Part shown: one piece after another, positions 59,245 to 64,000 of the stretch
How positions within the stretch are numbered: the stretch's first letter is position 1
Layout of the letters: every line of letters starts with the position of its first letter
Source: an uncultured Candidatus Entotheonella sp.
GTDB taxonomy: Bacteria; Tectomicrobia; Entotheonellia; Entotheonellales; Entotheonellaceae
Direction of reading: 5' to 3'
Assembly (NCBI GenBank): GCA_965215335.1
Contig: CBDCDA010000001.1
Location: forward strand, 1,856,001 to 1,920,000
Length of the DNA: 64,000 nucleotides
The notes under the pieces: model-generated
The model's database searches: none
Told to the model about the DNA's origin: nothing
What the model saw: only the letters and a program-made list of their open reading frames with translations
Program-made: the position numbers and the translations under genes

Positions 59245-59655
59245 ATGGAAGCCTATGACAAGCCGTTACCTCGGGGTGAGGACTTCAACGGCGAATTTTA
59301 TCAGTTTTGCAAGCAGCATGAACTGCGTTTTCAGCGCTGCCGGGACTGCGGCACGTGGCGCCATATGCCCCGCGAGAGCTGTCAGGCGTGCGGGTCATTC
59401 GACTGGACCTGGGAACGCGCCGGCGGCAGGGGGCAGGTCTTCAGCTGGACGGTGATTCACCGCGCGTTGCACCCCGGCTTTGCGGAGGAGTTGCCGTATG
59501 CTGCCGTTGTGGTGGAACTGGAGGAGGGCCTTCGGATGGTTTCCCACGTGCTTGATCTGCCTGCCGATCGGTTGCGCGTGGGTCTACCCGTGGAGGTTGC
59601 TTTCGATGATGTAACGCCGGAGATTACCTTGCCGAAGTTTCGACCCCTGCCGTAG
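59245..59655 (+). CDS. DUF35 Zn-ribbon/OB-fold protein
   Basis: QRC..CG...PR..C..CG; VELEEG. Confidence 0.92.
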   Translation: MEAYDKPLPRGEDFNGEFYQFCKQHELRFQRCRDCGTWRHMPRESCQACGSFDWTWERAGGRGQVFSWTVIHRALHPGFAEELPYAAVVVELEEGLRMVSHVLDLPADRLRVGLPVEVAFDDVTPEITLPKFRPLP

Positions 59656-59705
59656 CTCGCCGTTCGATGCGGACGCCCACAAGACGTGCCTGCCCTTGGC
59701 GCCAG

Positions 59706-61460
59706 TCAGATGATCATCTCCTGGAACGATTGCCCTGGCGGCATCAAGGGCAGGCATTCCTCGTAGGGGGTTACAAACTCGATGAAATGCGGCCCGCGGT
59801 GGGATAGCGCGCGTTGCAGAACGGGCTTCACGTCCTCCGGCTCGCAGACGCGGTCCACGCAGCCCGCATCAAAGCCATTTCCCTGCGCGAGCAAGGTCCA
59901 GTTTTTGCTGCGCTTGACGACGCCCGTCTCCCGTCCCTGATAGAAGCGGTGATTCCACATTCGCACGATGCCGTATCCGTCGTTGTTGAGCACCAGGACC
60001 TTTACGGCCAGATTTTCCTCCCAGATGGTCTCCAGCTCAGCTTCGGAGAAACGCAGGCTGCCGTCGCCGGCCAAACAGACGACAAGGGCATCAGGGTCCG
60101 CCATTTGCGCCCCGATGGCCATGGGCAAGCCGGAGCCCATCGCGCCTTGGCCACCGGAGGTCATGAATTGCCAACTTGGCTCCAGGGCCAGATATTGCCC
60201 GGCCCACATCTGGTGGTCGCCGACCTCCGTGGTGTAGATGACCCGGCACGGATCAGCAGCGACGCATTGCCCCACAACCTCATTGAGCAACTGCAAGACG
60301 TGTTGCGCCTGCAGCTGCCCCGGGCGGCGGGTGTAGGTTGAGGGATATTCCTTCTCAACCTCCGCAATGGCCTGGCGCCAGTCGGGATAATCGAATGCGT
60401 CCGTAAGCCGGCGCCTCAACGCGCCCAGCGTTTCTTTCAGGTCCCCAACGATTCCCAGCTTCCGTTCGGGCAGCACCTTGCGAATTTGTCCCAGGTCGAT
60501 GTCGAAATGAATCAGGCGCTTGGCCTGCGGCGCAAACCGGGCTGTGTCCCCTGTGATGCGGTCGTCGTAACGCGAACCCAATGATACGACCAGGTCAGCG
60601 TGGTGCACGATCCAGTTGGCGACGTAGAATCCGTGCATGCCAAGCAATCCATAGTTGCATGGATGCGATGTGGCAATTGCCGGCTTGCCTGGAATCGTAT
60701 GGACCACCGGACTTGGCACGACTTCCAGGAATTGCTCCAGTTCGCGCTCAGCACCAGCCAGCACCAATCCGTAGCCCACGATGATGGCAGGTCGCTTCGC
60801 GGCGTTGAGACAAGCTATCACCGCGTCCAATTCAGCGTCCAGGGTCTTATCCAACCCATTATCCGAGACGGCTGAATCGAACGGCTCCAGAGCCGCGCGA
60901 TACGCATCAAGGTCAACCAGAGACTGCTGGGCATCTTTTGTGAGATCGATCAGCACCGGCCCCGGCCGGCCTTCCCTGGCAAGGCGAAATGCCTCACGAA
61001 CCACGTCGGGCATCTCTTCGGGCCGACTTACATAGTACACTTTCTTTACGGTTGGCGCGGCAATTTCGGTGATGTTCGTTTCCTGGAAGGCATCGGTGTT
61101 ACGGGCAGACGTCGGCACCTGACCGGTTACAACTACCAACGGCACGTTGTCACGGTGAGCGTCCGCAATCGCCGTAATGGTATTGGTTGCGGCCGGTCCC
61201 GATGTCACCACACACACCCCTACTTTACCCGTAGCCCGCGCATACCCCATCGCAGCCCACGCCGCGCCCGGTTCGGTTTGGAAGATGGACATCTCCAGGT
61301 GCTCTGCCTCCTGCAAGGCATCCATCCCTTCCATGATGGCGCCGCCCGTCAAAGCCATGACTTGTTTCACACCCTGAGCCCGCAGCAAGGCGGCGAACAA
61401 ATCAGCGCCGCGGTCCTTAATCCTCGGTACATACGGTGGAACTTGCAATTGTAAGCTCAT
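59706..61460 (-). CDS. ilvB: Acetolactate synthase large subunit
   Basis: TSGPAATN, DAFQE, GRPGPV, LGMHG, GDGS...NN. Confidence 0.85.
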   Translation of the reverse strand: MSLQLQVPPYVPRIKDRGADLFAALLRAQGVKQVMALTGGAIMEGMDALQEAEHLEMSIFQTEPGAAWAAMGYARATGKVGVCVVTSGPAATNTITAIADAHRDNVPLVVVTGQVPTSARNTDAFQETNITEIAAPTVKKVYYVSRPEEMPDVVREAFRLAREGRPGPVLIDLTKDAQQSLVDLDAYRAALEPFDSAVSDNGLDKTLDAELDAVIACLNAAKRPAIIVGYGLVLAGAERELEQFLEVVPSPVVHTIPGKPAIATSHPCNYGLLGMHGFYVANWIVHHADLVVSLGSRYDDRITGDTARFAPQAKRLIHFDIDLGQIRKVLPERKLGIVGDLKETLGALRRRLTDAFDYPDWRQAIAEVEKEYPSTYTRRPGQLQAQHVLQLLNEVVGQCVAADPCRVIYTTEVGDHQMWAGQYLALEPSWQFMTSGGQGAMGSGLPMAIGAQMADPDALVVCLAGDGSLRFSEAELETIWEENLAVKVLVLNNDGYGIVRMWNHRFYQGRETGVVKRSKNWTLLAQGNGFDAGCVDRVCEPEDVKPVLQRALSHRGPHFIEFVTPYEECLPLMPPGQSFQEMII

Positions 61461-61500
61461 AATAGCTGCATGTCTCCACATGTTTATGGCCTGTAGACAT

Positions 61501-61840
61501 TAAAGAAGTGCTTCAAGCGCTACCCCATCGGCTATTTCCATGTCGACATCGCCGAACTGCGCACCGCGCACCGCCGAGGACAAACTCCATCTGTTCATCG
61601 CCATCGACCGGACCTCGAAGTTCGCCTTCGCCAGGCTGGTGGAACGCGCCACCACGAAAGGAGCGGCAGCATTCCTGGACGACCTGGTTGCAGCCGTACC
61701 CTGCCAGGTCCATACGGTGCTGACCGACAATGGCATCGAGTTTACCGATCTTGCAATGGCATCGAGTTTGCCGATCTTGCTCGGAGCCGCAAAGATTCAA
61801 AACTGATCCATACCACCTAATCCCGGAACCATACACCTGG
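61501..61840 (+). mobile_element. Decayed IS481-family transposase remnant
   Basis: FKRYPIGYFHVDIAE / LFIAIDRTSKFAFA / VLTDNG DDE fragments; frameshifts; C-terminal tail retained. Confidence 0.85.
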
Positions 61841-61855
61841 TCACTCGTCACAGCT

Positions 61856-62275
61856 TTATCGTTCAGGACGGCCGCGCCACTCCGAGACATCTGCCAACTC
61901 TTGAGCGTGTCGCTTCTGTTCTTCCCGGTCTTCGCCGGCCAGATCGGGCAAGGAAATATCCGCATGGTACGGATTGTCCGACAACGGCGTAGCAATCACC
62001 TCTCGTTCACTCCGAGTAGCATGATCTGCAGTCAGCACGGCCCATCCATGAAAGTCAGCGCTCCGTGCTGCGGCGACGTTATCTGCTATTGCGACTGCCT
62101 TGTTCGGTGGGGCGACGCTCGGCCTGTCGACCGAAATGCTGGTTTCGCCTTGTCTTTCCAGAAATACATTGAGCGGAACCCGACGTCTGGCACGCGCTGC
62201 GGTTGTCCTCGAAAATACACCTCGTCCGAGTTCTTCATCGCCTGCCACGTCCTTGGGAATAGTCACAGCATCCAA
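61856..62275 (-). CDS. Hypothetical protein, possible ADP-ribosyltransferase-fold toxin
   Basis: E.LGRG, ISVDR, NPYHADI motifs; start overlaps the upstream stop (TTG 62275 or GTG 62266). Confidence 0.6.
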   Translation of the reverse strand: MDAVTIPKDVAGDEELGRGVFSRTTAARARRRVPLNVFLERQGETSISVDRPSVAPPNKAVAIADNVAAARSADFHGWAVLTADHATRSEREVIATPLSDNPYHADISLPDLAGEDREEQKRHAQELADVSEWRGRPER

Positions 62276-63138
62276 CTGCCTTGCTGCTCCAACTCGGTCA
62301 AGGCTTCCTGTACAAAACCGTCGGGAAGCATCTCTGTGGCAGAGTAACGAGCACGGCGATGTTCACCGTTCATGTTGACCAGGCACAAAGCCCCTCCTTC
62401 CGAATTACACAGCAACACAACTGATCGCCCATATCCCCCCGGTGCATCGATGGCGACCTCGCCGTCCTGCGTCGGATACACTTCGAAGCGCCGCCGGGAA
62501 ATCCTGTACATTTCTCTCAAAAGACGGTTCGCACTTGCCAGTGCGCTTTCGGAGGGTATCGGGAAACCTTCTTCGCTTGCCTCCTCTGTTGCCTGTCGAA
62601 GGTCGTGTAGGGCGGCATACAGATTGCCGTTCGAAGAAGAGTCGTCCGAAGCGACTGACGTTGCAAATGTTTCTTCGTTATCTGACAGGAAATGAGGAAT
62701 TATCTTCAACCTGCCCAACGCGTCCGGATCCAGCTCCCGCAAGCCGAAACGGAGGCGTGGGATCTGATGCGAAACATACATTTCTCCAAACAGGCGGTCC
62801 GAACTCGACAATGCGTTTTCTGAAGGTACCGATACACCTTCTTCGGTTGCCTCATCGACCGTCTGATGAGCGTCGCGCAAGACTATGTGTTCAGCATCCC
62901 AAGAAACATCAATCGGACTGAATACCATCGGAAATGTTCTTATGTCTCCGTGCGGAGAGATGACTATTGTCCCTAGCCGTACGATGTCCTCAGTGTCATG
63001 CGATGTACCGCCGCCCAGTTCCCGCCAGACATCAGGCCACACGCTGCTGGCCGAGTGTCTCATATTGTACGTGAGCCAATGCCCGCCTGAAACGGCGGTC
63101 TTGTTGGACCCTGTCGTCGTCTGCACCAACATCTCCAT
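62263..63138 (-). CDS. Hypothetical protein with internal duplication, possible antitoxin/immunity
   Basis: AAGGA RBS; duplicated EEG..PSE.AL....RL..EMY; YPTQDGEVAID. Confidence 0.7.
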   Translation of the reverse strand: MEMLVQTTTGSNKTAVSGGHWLTYNMRHSASSVWPDVWRELGGGTSHDTEDIVRLGTIVISPHGDIRTFPMVFSPIDVSWDAEHIVLRDAHQTVDEATEEGVSVPSENALSSSDRLFGEMYVSHQIPRLRFGLRELDPDALGRLKIIPHFLSDNEETFATSVASDDSSSNGNLYAALHDLRQATEEASEEGFPIPSESALASANRLLREMYRISRRRFEVYPTQDGEVAIDAPGGYGRSVVLLCNSEGGALCLVNMNGEHRRARYSATEMLPDGFVQEALTELEQQGSWML

Positions 63139-63148
63139 GGCGTTCCTT

Positions 63149-63847
63149 TCATCTCTCCAGATCGAATTTCGCCACTATCGCACGAAAGTCGGATAAATCA
63201 TCCCTCCATGAATCAATAATGGATAATAAAGTGTTGATGCGTGCCTGCGGATTGGTGTCCGTAATGTCACGGTGGACGTTGGCCTGAAACAGCCTTCCAG
63301 GAGTTCCGCGGCGGCCACTTGTCCGGGGTTGTGCTTCAATGATGTCCAAGGAGATCGTCCGTCTGGCAGAGCGGTATATCGCTTTCAGCTGGATATCCGG
63401 AGTAACGTCTTTGAACGACATCCATACGCCTTTGTCGAGCAATAGCTCCGCCACCCTGTGGACTGCCTCGCCATCTGAACGCCTCCGACCCTTAGGGTTG
63501 ATCCCGACGGCACGGTAGATGTGCGGGACTCGCTCCACATACCGCTTCGCTATTTCTGGACAAGCAATGTCCTCTGGGGACAAGCTGTTCCCGACTTGCG
63601 CAAATATGATACGCTCTGGATCGGCGGTCACGGTGAGCCCGCCTGTGAATGTTGCTTGGGAGAAAGCCGGGGTCGAGAGGCGAGGTTCTTGCACCTGCCA
63701 ACGCGCATCCACGATTTCATTGCGCTGCAGGAAGTCTGGATTCAAGATTGATGGATCAATCGGACCCGCGACCAAAACAACAGAGAATTCGGTGAGATCA
63801 ATATTCCAGCCATTCCCTCCATTGCCATGCATTTTTTCCTGTTCCAT
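63149..63847 (-). CDS. Hypothetical protein, TIGR04255-like
   Basis: SVVLV...DPSILNPDFL, YRAVGINP, FQANVH; first gene of a coupled triplet. Confidence 0.7.
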   Translation of the reverse strand: MEQEKMHGNGGNGWNIDLTEFSVVLVAGPIDPSILNPDFLQRNEIVDARWQVQEPRLSTPAFSQATFTGGLTVTADPERIIFAQVGNSLSPEDIACPEIAKRYVERVPHIYRAVGINPKGRRRSDGEAVHRVAELLLDKGVWMSFKDVTPDIQLKAIYRSARRTISLDIIEAQPRTSGRRGTPGRLFQANVHRDITDTNPQARINTLLSIIDSWRDDLSDFRAIVAKFDLER

Positions 63848-64000
63848 GTGGGGAATCCTCTCACTATGGTCGTCGCAGTACTGAAACCCCCTTCTTGCCG
63901 AACGATGGGGATTGAGAGTCCACCGCCGACGCTGCCACCCGTGAAAGACTTCACTAAAGTGCGTTTATTTTGAAACCGAGAATTTCAGAGAGACCTTGTC

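Overview
High-GC bacterial chromosome segment from a diderm, inferred from a signal-peptide beta-barrel gene. The 16S sequence and gene content suggest a Nitrospinota/Tectomicrobia-like lineage; this is unverified inference. Most of the window is housekeeping and catabolic: IOR 3' part, metG, rarA, xth, murA, CIRCE-controlled groES-groEL, pdxST, moeA, class II nrdJ, hemD, bacterioferritin, oppDF, udgB, two RNA methyltransferases, a complete 16S-23S-5S operon without ITS tRNAs, trpBA and ilvB. Four things stand out. (1) A minus-strand string DUF1800 - NHL - DUF1501 - 44-aa sORF - 1167-aa membrane-anchored coiled-coil protein (27 tandem 35-aa repeats) - murA. (2) A tightly coupled three-gene cassette at the right end, next to a decayed IS481, that looks like a toxin/antitoxin/sensor defence module with an ADP-ribosyltransferase-like last gene. 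(3) Mycothiol-type (Mca, MscR) and F420-type enzymes in an apparently non-actinobacterial host. (4) Several small deletion scars and pseudogenes. No CRISPR array, tRNA or prophage was seen. All family calls come from motif recognition by eye, not from database searches.
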